Shown piece after piece: positions 18,734 to 28,299 of a DNA stretch of 53,405 nt. The stretch is taken from positions 1 through 53,405 of IMG/VR virus record IMGVR_UViG_3300020593_000094, one strand, 5' to 3'. The notes beneath the pieces are model-generated. The model saw only the letters and a program-made list of their open reading frames with translations. It had not been told where the DNA came from and did no database searches. Each line of letters starts with the position of its first letter. Position 1 is the stretch's first letter. The translations under genes were made by a program, and so were the position numbers. The stretch is from a virus (Duplodnaviria; Caudoviricetes).

Positions 18734-21346
18734 TCAGCGGATGCGGTAGGCGAAATCGCCATCCTTGCCCAGGCGTACGGACAGGCTCTGCAGGGGCTTG
18801 CCCTGGGCCATCCGCTCGAGGACGCGCTGGGCCAGCTCCGGCATCAGCGTCCCGGACAGGATGTTGTCGATGTTGCGCGCGCCGCTGTCGACTTCGGTGC
18901 AGCGGGCGGCGATGGCCGGGACCAGCTCGGCGTCGAAGTTCAGGCTGGCCTGGTGGTTGCGCTCGAAGCGCTGGCGCAGGCGCTCCAGCTTGAGCGCGAC
19001 GATGCGCTGCAGCACGGCGTCCTGTACCGGGTAGTAGGGCACGATGCTCAGGCGGCCGAGGAAGGCCGGCTTGAACACCTGGTTGAGGGTGTCACGCAGG
19101 CCCTCGACGATCTCCGCCGGAGCGGGAGCGGCCTCGGTGCCCAGGCACCACTGCATGATCCGCTCGGTGCCGACGTTGGAGGTGAGGATGATCACGGTGT
19201 TGCGGAAGTTGATCTCGCGGCCCTCGCCGTCGTCCAGCACGCCCTTGTCGAAGACCTGGAAGAACAGCTCCAGCACGTCCGGGTGGGCCTTCTCCACCTC
19301 GTCCAGCAGCACCACGCTGTAGGGCTTGCGGCGCACCGCCTCGGTCAGCACGCCGCCCTCGCCGTAGCCGACGTAGCCCGGCGGCGAACCCTTGAGGCTG
19401 GAGACGGTGTGCGCCTCCTGGTACTCGGACATGTTGATGGTGATCAGGTTGCGCTCGCCGCCATAGAGGATGTCCGCCAGGGCCAGGGCGCTCTCGGTCT
19501 TGCCGACACCGCTGGGGCCGAGCAGGAGGAATACGCCGATGGGCTTGTTCGGGTCTTCCAGGCGCGCGCGGGAAATGCGGATACGCTTGCCGATCTCTTC
19601 CAGGGCGTGGTCCTGGCCAAGCACGCGCTCGCCGAGCAGGGATGGCAGGCGCTGTACGGTGTCGATCTCGTCGCGCAGCATCTTGCCCAGGGGGATGCCG
19701 GTCCAGGCGGAGATCACTTCGCCGATGGTGCCGCCGTCGACGCGGGCGTGAACCAATGGCGTCTCGCCCTGCACCTCGGTCAGCTCGGCACGCAATGCCG
19801 CGAGGTCCGCCCGCAGCGCCTCGCCCTCCCCCGCCTCCGCGCGGGCCTCCAATTCGTGCAGGCGCTTGACCAGTTCCAGCTCGCGCTGCCACTGCGCCTT
19901 CAGCACTTCCTCGCGCTGGCGCACCTGTTCCAGGGCGGCCTTCAGTTCGGCCAGGCGCGCTGCATGATCGGCGCCGCTGGCGTTCTCCTTTTCCAGCACG
20001 GAGATCTCGGCGCGCAGGTTGTCGCCTTCACGCAGGCAATCCTCCAGCGTGCCGGGCTGCGCCGCCTGCGCCAGGGCCACGCGGGCACAGGCGGTGTCGA
20101 GCACGCTCACCGCCTTGTCCGGCAACTGGCGACCGCTGAGGTAGCGGCTGGATAGGCGCACGGCCTGGACGATAGCATCGTCGAGCACGGCGACACGGTG
20201 GTGCGCCTGCATCTTCTCCAGCAGGCCACGGAGCATGTGGATGGCGCTGTCCTCGTCCGGCTCTTCCACCTTGACCACCTGGAAGCGGCGGGCCAGGGCG
20301 GCGTCCTTCTCGAAGTACTTCTTGTATTCGGCCCAGGTGGTGGCGGCGATGGTGCGCAGCTCGCCGCGGGCCAGCGCCGGTTTGAGCAGGTTGGCCGCAT
20401 CGTTCTGTCCGGCCTGGCCGCCGGAGCCGATCAGGGTATGGGCCTCGTCGATGAACAGGATGATCGGGTGCAGGCTGCGCTTGACCTCTTCGATCACCTG
20501 CTTGAGACGGTTCTCGAACTCGCCCTTGACCCCGGCGCCGGCCTGCAGCAGGCCCAGGTCGAGGGTATGGATGGCCACGCCCTGCAGCGGGGGCGGCACC
20601 TCGCCCTGGGCGATGCGCAGGGCCAGGCCTTCCACCACTGCGGTCTTGCCGACGCCGGCCTCGCCGGTGAGGATCGGGTTGTTCTGTCGGCGGCGGGTGA
20701 GGATGTCGACCATCTGCCGCACCTCAGCCTCGCGGCCCAATACCGGGTCGATGCAACCTTCGCGGGCGTTGCGCGTCAGGTCGATGGTGTACTGGTCCAG
20801 CGCTGGTGTCTTGCCGCGAGACGCGCCCGGGGCCGCAGTGACAGAGTCCGGTTGCGGCGCGGCCTGGGCCTGCTGCACCTCGCCGCTGGCCTCGGTGAGC
20901 GCCACCAGGTTCAGGCGCAGATCGTCGGGGTTGATCTTCTCCAGTTCGGGCGCGGAGGCCAGCGCCACCCGGCGCAGTTCGGCGTCGTCGAGCAGTGCCT
21001 GGAACAGGTGGCCGCTGCGGATCTGCGCCTCGCCGTATTCGATGGACGCCAGCACCCAGGCGCGCTCGATCAGCCGGGTGATGTGCGGCGACAGTGCCGG
21101 GGTACGGGTGTTACCGGTCTTGAACCCGGCCAGCGCCTGTTGCAGTTGGGCCTGCAGGCGGTCGGGCCGCACTTCGTAGTGACGCAGGATGGCCTGCAGA
21201 TCGTTGCCCTCGGCGTCCAGCAATTGCAGCAGCAGGTGTTCGATGTCGACGTCGTAGTGGCGCTCGGCGAGGCAGAGTCCGGCTGCCCCTTCGGTGGCGC
21301 TGCGGCAGCTGTCGTTGAGCTTGGCGAACAGGGATTTCAGGTTCAC
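18734..21346 (-). CDS. clpV: T6SS AAA+ ATPase ClpV (TssH)
   Basis: Two AAA modules (GEAGVGKT, GPSGVGKT), RRRQNNPIL, GSPPGYVGYGEGG. GTG start overlaps the tssG stop. Confidence 0.96.
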   Translation of the reverse strand: MNLKSLFAKLNDSCRSATEGAAGLCLAERHYDVDIEHLLLQLLDAEGNDLQAILRHYEVRPDRLQAQLQQALAGFKTGNTRTPALSPHITRLIERAWVLASIEYGEAQIRSGHLFQALLDDAELRRVALASAPELEKINPDDLRLNLVALTEASGEVQQAQAAPQPDSVTAAPGASRGKTPALDQYTIDLTRNAREGCIDPVLGREAEVRQMVDILTRRRQNNPILTGEAGVGKTAVVEGLALRIAQGEVPPPLQGVAIHTLDLGLLQAGAGVKGEFENRLKQVIEEVKRSLHPIILFIDEAHTLIGSGGQAGQNDAANLLKPALARGELRTIAATTWAEYKKYFEKDAALARRFQVVKVEEPDEDSAIHMLRGLLEKMQAHHRVAVLDDAIVQAVRLSSRYLSGRQLPDKAVSVLDTACARVALAQAAQPGTLEDCLREGDNLRAEISVLEKENASGADHAARLAELKAALEQVRQREEVLKAQWQRELELVKRLHELEARAEAGEGEALRADLAALRAELTEVQGETPLVHARVDGGTIGEVISAWTGIPLGKMLRDEIDTVQRLPSLLGERVLGQDHALEEIGKRIRISRARLEDPNKPIGVFLLLGPSGVGKTESALALADILYGGERNLITINMSEYQEAHTVSSLKGSPPGYVGYGEGGVLTEAVRRKPYSVVLLDEVEKAHPDVLELFFQVFDKGVLDDGEGREINFRNTVIILTSNVGTERIMQWCLGTEAAPAPAEIVEGLRDTLNQVFKPAFLGRLSIVPYYPVQDAVLQRIVALKLERLRQRFERNHQASLNFDAELVPAIAARCTEVDSGARNIDNILSGTLMPELAQRVLERMAQGKPLQSLSVRLGKDGDFAYRIR

Positions 21347-21816
21347 AGGCGGACCCCATCGTAAGGAATGCGGAACAGCGCGCAGCGCGAGGGTTCGGCG
21401 TGCGCGCCGGGACGTTTCAGCCAGCCGAGCCGGCCCAGGGACAACTCGCCGCCACGGCCCAGGGTGGCCAGGGGGACCGCCTCGCGGCGCAGGCGCGGGG
21501 CGACCTCGAAATCCAGCTCGACGCCCAGGTAGAAGCGCACCAGCTCCACCAGGCGCTGGTGGTCGGCGTGCCCAGGCAGGAAGCGCCGGTAGTCCTCCAG
21601 CGCCAGCGGCCCCAGCTCGATGCGCACGCAGGACTGGTAGTCCCAGGTACGCCGACCGGTGACCGCGCTCTGCCCGAGCACGGCATTGGCGCGGCCCAGG
21701 CGCGTGCGTTGCGACGTTTCGATGGCCAGCCAGCGGCCGTTGAAGGGACGCACGCGGATCGGCAGAGCGAAGTAGAAGCCGAGCATGGCCTCCAGGTTCA
21801 GCGGGTTGCGCTGGCG
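21343..21816 (-). pseudogene. tssG: 5'-truncated tssG (C-terminal half of the T6SS baseplate subunit)
   Basis: Frame reads RQRNPLNLEAMLGFYF...LG..AVTG.RTWDYQSCVRIELGPL...Y.RFLPG...LG.LGWL. Upstream of about 21816 the DNA is phage coding sequence. Confidence 0.85.
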
Positions 21817-22529
21817 TGGGCGTCCTGGATGGTTTTGAGGTTCACACCAGCGTCCTGCAGCTGCTTCTGCAGCTTCTCGACGACCTGGGCGCCCTGCTCG
21901 GTGGTCTCGATCGTGAGGCCATCGACCAGGAGTTTGCGGAGTGCATCAGCCATGTCATGGCCTCCTTTCGGTTTCTGCGCAGGGGGTTTCGCAGCGGGGC
22001 TGCGCGCGTCCCCGATGCGTAGTTGCTCGCCGCCTCGGGCCTTGTCGACCAGGGCGAGGTGGTTCATTCGCATATCCGTGACGATGGCGTCGTAGGGCTC
22101 ACCATCGGGGGTGACGCCGTCCTGAAATACGACGGAGGCTTCAAGCCCCATGGACAGCTCACGCTTGCCGGCCTCGTAGTCGCGGATCGTGTTGGCATCC
22201 ATCAGCACCAGCGGGACCTGGACAAAGTCGCCGTCGCGAAGGACCTCGGCGCCGGTGTTCCCGACAGCCAGCTCCTTCCAGTTGTCGGCGTTCACCTCGC
22301 CGTGGTGGTCGTTGGTCATCGGGCGGAAGGCGTAGGAGCGCATGGCGTCCTCAGCGAACACCGCCTCCGGCGGCCGGTAGACGCGGACCAGAGGCATCTC
22401 TGGTTTGCCGACCTCGGAACCGAGGTAGTCCTGCACGCCGATGCGCGCCACCTTGGCGACGGCCACGAGGTATCCGTCAGTGGTCCGGCGAACCCCGGAC
22501 ACCGACAGGGAGTGGTCGAGAAGGAGCAT
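21798..22529 (-). pseudogene. DUF2213-family phage head protein (protease/scaffold-like), 3'-truncated
   Basis: T.DGYL...A.VAR.G.Q.Y, P.TNDH, GKRELS.G, NHLALVDKARGG. The ORF stops just after the coiled-coil region begins, using a TGA supplied by tssG DNA. Confidence 0.8.
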
Positions 22530-22531
22530 TG

Positions 22532-24328
22532 CTATTCCTCGTTGAGGTCGTCCGACCAGCTCGGGGGGATCTCTTCGAAGATCTCCGGGCCAAGCTCGAT
22601 GACGCCGCGGTACGGTTCGACCTGGTCAAGGTCGACGCTGCCGGGCTGGTAGGTGAAGGTGATGTGCGGCTGGTAGTCCGGCCAATCCCAGGAGGCGCCG
22701 GCGTCGAGAATGCCCTGGTGTCGCCAGGTCAGCTCGGTGTTGTTGAACAGCAGGACAATGGCGCCCTCCCCGAACTGCTCGACCATGCGGGGGCCGCCGG
22801 CGGAACTGGTCAGGTTGCCGTTCGGCTTGTTGGTCCAGGCCTGAGCGACTGCCATCCAATCGACCGGAGTCTTGCTGTAGGCGACGGTGACATGCAGGTC
22901 TTCGGCAGGAAGCGTGGTCTCGAAGCCCTGGGCCTTCGCCCAGTCAATGATCGCGCCAGTGTTCAGCACCTTGCGGGACACGTAGAGCGTGCGCGCTGCG
23001 GCGTCCTGCAGCTTGGTGGTGCCACCCTCCTCGTCCCGCTCGTCTTCCGGCACCTCGGAGCCGAACTCCTCCAGTGCCGATTCCAGGCCTGGCATGACGC
23101 TGTTCTCCACCAGCAGGGTCTCGGCGGCCTTGCTGAGCGCGTCTGCGGGGAAGAGCTTGGTCTCGGAGATGGTCTTGATGGTCTCGGCAGTGGTCTTGCC
23201 GATGTCCGCCCGCTCCTTCGCCGTGGTCTGCCAGAGGCTGTTCCAGATGTAGTGTATTTCCGGGGGGCGGCTTCCCAGCGCAGAGCGCACCAGGCACTCG
23301 TCCAGCGCTGACATGGCCGGCGTGATGTCGAGCTCTTGGCTGGACTGGATGCGGTCGTAGTAGTTGCGCAGGTCAGCTTCGCCGGTGGAGTTCATTCCGG
23401 CGGGCGATTGGCTGAGCATGCGGGTGGCTGGTATGTCAGCGGCTCCGCATCCGGCCTGCATGAAGCGGTCCATGATGTCCGGCAGCGTGCTGAAGTTGGC
23501 AGACTTGCTGCTGTACTCCTCCTCCTTGTCCAGCAGCAGGCAGCCATTGATGCCCTTGGCCGTGGCAGCCAGGCGGAAGCGCTCCAGCAGCTTCTTCTCG
23601 TACTCCTTGTCGTTCATGCCCTGCATGAAGTCAGGGATGCTGATGATGTCGACCTTCGCCTCGAAGATCAGGCTGGCCACGTTGGCCATGGTGCTGTCGA
23701 TCTGCTGGATAGCCTCGAATACGGCCTGCAAGACCGAATCGCCCCAGCCGAACTGGTTGCCGCTGGCCAGGTCCTGGTCGGGGATGTCGGCGCCGGTGAA
23801 GATCACCAAGCGGGACGGGTGAATCTCGATCGCGCTGCCGCCAAGTCGGTAGGCCTTGGGCTTGCCGTAGTTCGGCGACATGACGTCGCGGTCCTGCTCG
23901 GTGGCCGAGAGGTCGCGCCGGCTCATGACCGTCAGGTACTTGATGCCGCCGGCCTTGATGCGATCGGGATTCAGCGGCTTGCTGGTATCGATATCGCCGG
24001 TACCGATGAAGATCGCGGCACCGCCCCAGAGGCGCGCCTTGATCAGCGCCTCCATGGTGCGGGCCTTGACCTGCAGGCGCTTCTCCTCGGCCTCGATCTT
24101 CTCGATCTGCTGCTTGCTGGCCTGCCATGCCCGCCAGCGCCGGGTGGCGTCCTTGGCGGGGATGTCGACGACCTTGCGGGGGAACCAGGCGCCACGGTAG
24201 GCGTTGAGCAGCTGCTCGTCGGTGAGCATCACCGGCGCGTAGAAGCTGCCGGCGGCCTTGTCGCGCTCCGTGCCCAAGTTGGCCACGAAGTTGACCAGCT
24301 TGTCGCTGAGGAAGCGGACTACGCCCAT
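22532..24328 (-). CDS. Phage portal protein (DUF1073 type) with C-terminal Acb1-like 2H phosphoesterase domain
   Basis: Portal part: KVVDIPAKDATR.W, IHPSRL, WGDSVL, AADIPATRMLSQSPAGMNSTGEADLRNYYD. After an acidic linker, an extra ~150 aa carries two HxT motifs (LHVTVAYS, PHITFTY). Confidence 0.88.
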   Translation of the reverse strand: MGVVRFLSDKLVNFVANLGTERDKAAGSFYAPVMLTDEQLLNAYRGAWFPRKVVDIPAKDATRRWRAWQASKQQIEKIEAEEKRLQVKARTMEALIKARLWGGAAIFIGTGDIDTSKPLNPDRIKAGGIKYLTVMSRRDLSATEQDRDVMSPNYGKPKAYRLGGSAIEIHPSRLVIFTGADIPDQDLASGNQFGWGDSVLQAVFEAIQQIDSTMANVASLIFEAKVDIISIPDFMQGMNDKEYEKKLLERFRLAATAKGINGCLLLDKEEEYSSKSANFSTLPDIMDRFMQAGCGAADIPATRMLSQSPAGMNSTGEADLRNYYDRIQSSQELDITPAMSALDECLVRSALGSRPPEIHYIWNSLWQTTAKERADIGKTTAETIKTISETKLFPADALSKAAETLLVENSVMPGLESALEEFGSEVPEDERDEEGGTTKLQDAAARTLYVSRKVLNTGAIIDWAKAQGFETTLPAEDLHVTVAYSKTPVDWMAVAQAWTNKPNGNLTSSAGGPRMVEQFGEGAIVLLFNNTELTWRHQGILDAGASWDWPDYQPHITFTYQPGSVDLDQVEPYRGVIELGPEIFEEIPPSWSDDLNEE

Positions 24329-25614
24329 TAGGAAACACCTGCGAGGGAGTACCGATTGATCGGGAACTCCTTGTGGATGAAGTAGCCACCCGCGTCATTG
24401 GGGTGATCGATGTCGGCTGACTTGTCCGGCTCGCCGTTGGTGCCCCACACCTGCTGCTCCAAGGCATCGGCGTAGGTCGGGCACCGGTCGGGGTTCACCC
24501 GATACCGCCGCTCGCCCTTGGCGTTGCAGAACATGGCGTTCATGGAGTTGATCCGGTCCTTCACCGGAGGGTTGGCGGCGGGCGCCGAGACGATGAAGCC
24601 GGCTTGTTTGAGCAGCGCTATGTCGGTCTCACTCGCCCGGACGGACTTGCGCGAGTCACCCGAGGCGTCGGGGTAGATCCTGATCTGGCGCGTCGGCCGG
24701 TAATCGCCGTCGGCGTACAGCCAGAACCGCTCCTTCAGCTGCCGGATCATGTCCGGCGTGTCGTAGCCGTTGATGATCTCGTCGACCGCGTGCGGTAGGC
24801 CCAGGCGCTTCACATGCACCACGGCGGCCATCTTGCCGACGTTGAAGTCCATGCCCACGAACAGCGGCTCGCCAGGCTGCGCGGTTTCCTGCGAGGCGTT
24901 GAGCTTGCGGTCGTAGGCCGTGTAGATCGTGCCCGACGTCAGGTTGACGAACTGGCCGCGCAGGTACGCAGCGATCAACTGCGGCGGGTACGACTCCATC
25001 AGGGAATCGATGTAGTCGTCCGGAAGGTTCGCCTCGTTGTCGTAGGTGCTGGCCTGGACCAGGCCGTACAGCTCCTGCAGATGCGGCTTCTCGCGCAGCT
25101 GCTTCACGAACTGCTGGAAGACGAACTTGAATCCTTCCGGGGTGGTGGTGACGTCCACGCGGTTGCGCAGGCGGTCCACCTTGTAGCGCATCCGCGCGAT
25201 GATCTTGCGCCAGGCCTGCTGGGCCTTGATCAGCGACAGGACGTCGAGCTCGTCCACCAGGGAGCGGCCAACCTTGAAGCCGACGATGGTCTGCGGCTTC
25301 TCCATGGAGCGGCAGATGATCGTCGTGCGGTAGGCGCTGCCGCTGTAGAGGTGAACCTCATGGTTCGCCTGGTTGATCTTGGTGCGCAGCCCCCAGTCGA
25401 AAGCCACTTCCTCGATCGTGGGGTAGAAGATGTCGCGAATCTGGGCGTAGGTCGGTGCGAAGTAGCCGGCGTTGATGCGCGGCCACTCCCAGGCGTGCTG
25501 GGCCAAGCCGGAGCAGCCAACCCAGGTCTTGCCGGAGCCGAACCCGGCCACGAAGCCGCAGAACTTGTGCGGCAGGGCCAGGAACTTCGCCTGGGGCCTA
25601 TTCAGCGTCGGCAT
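24328..25614 (-). CDS. terL: Terminase large subunit
   Basis: Walker A AGFGSGKT, Walker B LVDELD, nuclease GMDFN, DH.NDA; lies upstream of the portal. Confidence 0.93.
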   Translation of the reverse strand: MPTLNRPQAKFLALPHKFCGFVAGFGSGKTWVGCSGLAQHAWEWPRINAGYFAPTYAQIRDIFYPTIEEVAFDWGLRTKINQANHEVHLYSGSAYRTTIICRSMEKPQTIVGFKVGRSLVDELDVLSLIKAQQAWRKIIARMRYKVDRLRNRVDVTTTPEGFKFVFQQFVKQLREKPHLQELYGLVQASTYDNEANLPDDYIDSLMESYPPQLIAAYLRGQFVNLTSGTIYTAYDRKLNASQETAQPGEPLFVGMDFNVGKMAAVVHVKRLGLPHAVDEIINGYDTPDMIRQLKERFWLYADGDYRPTRQIRIYPDASGDSRKSVRASETDIALLKQAGFIVSAPAANPPVKDRINSMNAMFCNAKGERRYRVNPDRCPTYADALEQQVWGTNGEPDKSADIDHPNDAGGYFIHKEFPINRYSLAGVS

Positions 25615-26197
25615 CGCGCACCCTCGCGTCGATGATGGTCACCGCGACGCTGGTCGGCGGCGCATCGTCCTCGGGGTTCTCCAGCAGCTTCAGCTCAGCA
25701 CGCTTCTTCGCCACTTCCAGGCGCTTCAGCTCAATGTCCAGGGCAGCCGACTCGGTGCCGACGTGCCGGCTCAGCAGCTCCAGGTTGCGGAGCTTGTCCG
25801 GCCACTTGACCTTGCGGAGCACGCCGGCGATGCGGCGATCATCGCCACGGCCTTCGAACAGCTCGGCGACCTCTATGCCGGACAGGAACTGGCGCCAAAC
25901 CTTGGGCCACTCGCGGATAGGCTTGAAGCTGCCGTCGTCCTCGTGGATGTCCAGGACGTCCATCTCGTCGATCTCGCGCAGGCGGCGGACGACGTAGTCG
26001 GAAGAAACCTCAGTGCGCTTGGAGCGCTCGGCCATGGCCTGGGCGATCGCCTCGGCTACCTCCGGCACGCGGAGCAGCTCGTAACCCATCTCGGCCGCAC
26101 GCTTCGTTGCGTACCCCGCGCGGATGGCTGCCTGCGTCGCGTTGAGGTCGACCAGGTACTCCTCGACGAACAGGCGCCGCTTCTTGTTCAGCGCCAT
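25598..26197 (-). CDS. terS: Terminase small subunit
   Basis: FVEEYLVDLNATQAAIRAGY signature. Confidence 0.94.
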   Translation of the reverse strand: MALNKKRRLFVEEYLVDLNATQAAIRAGYATKRAAEMGYELLRVPEVAEAIAQAMAERSKRTEVSSDYVVRRLREIDEMDVLDIHEDDGSFKPIREWPKVWRQFLSGIEVAELFEGRGDDRRIAGVLRKVKWPDKLRNLELLSRHVGTESAALDIELKRLEVAKKRAELKLLENPEDDAPPTSVAVTIIDARVRDADAE

Positions 26198-26209
26198 GTG
26201 AACCTCGAA

Positions 26210-26509
26210 TCAGGGATGTGGCCGTCGACGCTCTGCCCCGTCCCACCTCCAGTCGTACTGAAAAATCTGCTTCCGGCGCGTCCAGGCGTAGACCACCACG
26301 CCCAAGTGCATGACCACCGCCCACGGGCTGACCCAGTAGCCCTTTGCCAGCTCGACCAGCAAGCCGAAGGCTCCGAGGGCGACCAGGTAGAACGAAAGGC
26401 TCAGGATCGGATGCTCGAACAGGTGGACGGAGCGCAGGAAGTCCAGCGCAGCCAGTACCACGAGAATGCACAGCAGGGCGTCCAATCCCATGAGGATCGA
26501 GTTCATCAT
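26210..26509 (-). CDS. Multi-TM membrane protein, holin-associated
   Basis: Three hydrophobic helices; lysis-gene position upstream of terS. Confidence 0.6.
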   Translation of the reverse strand: MMNSILMGLDALLCILVVLAALDFLRSVHLFEHPILSLSFYLVALGAFGLLVELAKGYWVSPWAVVMHLGVVVYAWTRRKQIFQYDWRWDGAERRRPHP

Positions 26510-26511
26510 GG

Positions 26512-26835
26512 TCAGGCACCTCGGGGCGTGAGGAAGCGCTCCGCAAAGGCTTTCAGGCCGGGGATCACGTTCATGGCCAGTAGGCCTATGGTGAACGCGA
26601 CGCCGGCGAGGAAGGCGTCATCCAGGGGGATGAGGTAGGTTCGGGATAGCCAGCCAGCGACGGGCTGGGTCCAGTAGGTGGCGCAGCCAAACCCGGTGCC
26701 GACGGCCAGGGCGGCCTGGAGGCGGGTCAGGTCTTTCAGGAAGCCGAGCGAGAGGATGGAGCCCCAGAACCCGGCGATGGTCACGCTGTACTTGGCAAAC
26801 AGCGCGCCAATACCGATGGAGGTCGTGGGTTCCAT
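26512..26835 (-). CDS. Putative holin
   Basis: 107-aa multi-TM protein starting MEPTTS after GGAGG; first gene of the late operon. Confidence 0.65.
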   Translation of the reverse strand: MEPTTSIGIGALFAKYSVTIAGFWGSILSLGFLKDLTRLQAALAVGTGFGCATYWTQPVAGWLSRTYLIPLDDAFLAGVAFTIGLLAMNVIPGLKAFAERFLTPRGA

Positions 26836-26850
26836 CTGGTCCTCCGGCTG

Positions 26851-26883
26851 AAAACAAAAAACCCGGCGCAAGGGCCGGGTTTC
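26851..26883 (-). terminator. Intrinsic terminator ahead of the late operon (tR'-like)
   Basis: Minus strand AAACCCGGC-CCTTGC-GCCGGGTTT followed by TTTGTTTT, between the putative late regulator and the holin. Confidence 0.75.
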
Positions 26884-26951
26884 GGTGTGTTTATTCGTGC
26901 GGGTGTAGCTGTGCACAGTGGCAAAACGATACCCAAATGCTCGCCAAAACG

Positions 26952-27821
26952 TCAAGCGACCTGTTTTAGCCGCTCCCGCTGGGTCCAGTAGGCCGCCACG
27001 CGGTCATGGTATCGCTGGTGCACCTCGGGCAGTTCCAGGACGTCCTCGCCCCACTCCGACCGGTAAGCCTCGCCATACCGCTTCATCCGCAACGCCCAGC
27101 GCGATAGCTGCTGGTCGGACATCCGGCGCAGGCGTTCGGCCAGGCGCTGCTGATGGTGCTCCCGGCGTTGCGCGTAGGACTCAGCACGCTGCTCGGCGAC
27201 CACATCCCGGTCGACCTGCTGCCAGCGCCAGCCAGGTCCCTTCCGCAATCCGCTCTGCTTCGCTACCACCTCGGCTACCGGCTTCAGGGCCTGGGCGTCC
27301 AACTTGTCGACGTGGCGCGCCAGCCGCTCCCAGGTGCTGGCGTAGTCCCGCGCCCAGTGGCTGGGGTCTATCCGGCACCCGAGGCGCTCCTCGATGAACA
27401 GGCAGACCTCGCCTGGGCCCAGCGTGTCCCGGCCGTTCACCGCCCGCTTATGCGAGTTGATCGCGGCCAGAGCCATCCAGTAGGCCCGCTCGCCCTGACG
27501 CTGGGTCAGCTGGCCGAGGCCGGCGCCGATCCAGACAAGGCCGTGAGCGATCGCCACGTCGTCACCGGTAGCCAGCGGCGAGTAGAGCGTATGCCCGAAG
27601 TGCTGCAGTGGCTTCGGCAGGGTGCCGATGGCCGACATCACCAGCCCAGCCGCCAACATGTGCGCGCTCTTCCCGTTGGTGTCCTTCCGCTCGGCGTGGG
27701 TCTCGTTGGCCACCCGCCCCCGCTTCCCCAGCTTCGCCTTCTCGGCGGCTACGGCGAGGACCGAATCGCGGTTTTCGTACATGCAATCGTGCCAGGCCTG
27801 TCGCGCGCTGATCAGTCTCAT
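26952..27821 (-). CDS. Putative late-gene regulator/antiterminator (Q position)
   Basis: 289 aa, last early gene after rusA and just before the terminator preceding the lysis/packaging genes. Function inferred from position only. Confidence 0.55.
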   Translation of the reverse strand: MRLISARQAWHDCMYENRDSVLAVAAEKAKLGKRGRVANETHAERKDTNGKSAHMLAAGLVMSAIGTLPKPLQHFGHTLYSPLATGDDVAIAHGLVWIGAGLGQLTQRQGERAYWMALAAINSHKRAVNGRDTLGPGEVCLFIEERLGCRIDPSHWARDYASTWERLARHVDKLDAQALKPVAEVVAKQSGLRKGPGWRWQQVDRDVVAEQRAESYAQRREHHQQRLAERLRRMSDQQLSRWALRMKRYGEAYRSEWGEDVLELPEVHQRYHDRVAAYWTQRERLKQVA

Positions 27822-27849
27822 TTCGGCTCTCCCCTGTGGTTTTCTGTGG

Positions 27850-28299
27850 TCATCGCTGCGCCCCTTCAGCCATCAGCGGAACAATCTTCACCTCGACGCG
27901 CGGGACCTCGGCGTACCGCTTCGCCAGCATCACGTTGACGACCTGAGTATCGTCCTTCCACACGACCCCGTTGAGCGCGTCACATACCGCCTTCAGGCAG
28001 TTGTCCGCGTCACATTTCACGGTGGGCATCACCTCGCCAACTAGCGCCATTGCCTGGCGCCTCTTCGACCAGGACCGAGGAATGGGGTGGAACATCCGCA
28101 ACTCGATGAGCACTGGGCCGGCGATCAGGGAGCGGCCTGCGAGCGCTTTCTGAGCGGCCAGCGCCACAAGGGATTCATACGCCACGGTCTTCTCCGGCGT
28201 GAACATCCGGGCGTGGCCTGCGACGCGGCCGATGCGCGGCCTACCCTTCCCCACCGGCTCGCCTGGCACGATGAACACGACCGGGCGCAGGTCATGCAT
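27850..28299 (-). CDS. rusA: RusA-family Holliday junction resolvase
   Basis: PGEPVGKGRPR, K.D.DN..KAVCDALNGVVWKDD.QV. Confidence 0.92.
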   Translation of the reverse strand: MHDLRPVVFIVPGEPVGKGRPRIGRVAGHARMFTPEKTVAYESLVALAAQKALAGRSLIAGPVLIELRMFHPIPRSWSKRRQAMALVGEVMPTVKCDADNCLKAVCDALNGVVWKDDTQVVNVMLAKRYAEVPRVEVKIVPLMAEGAQR

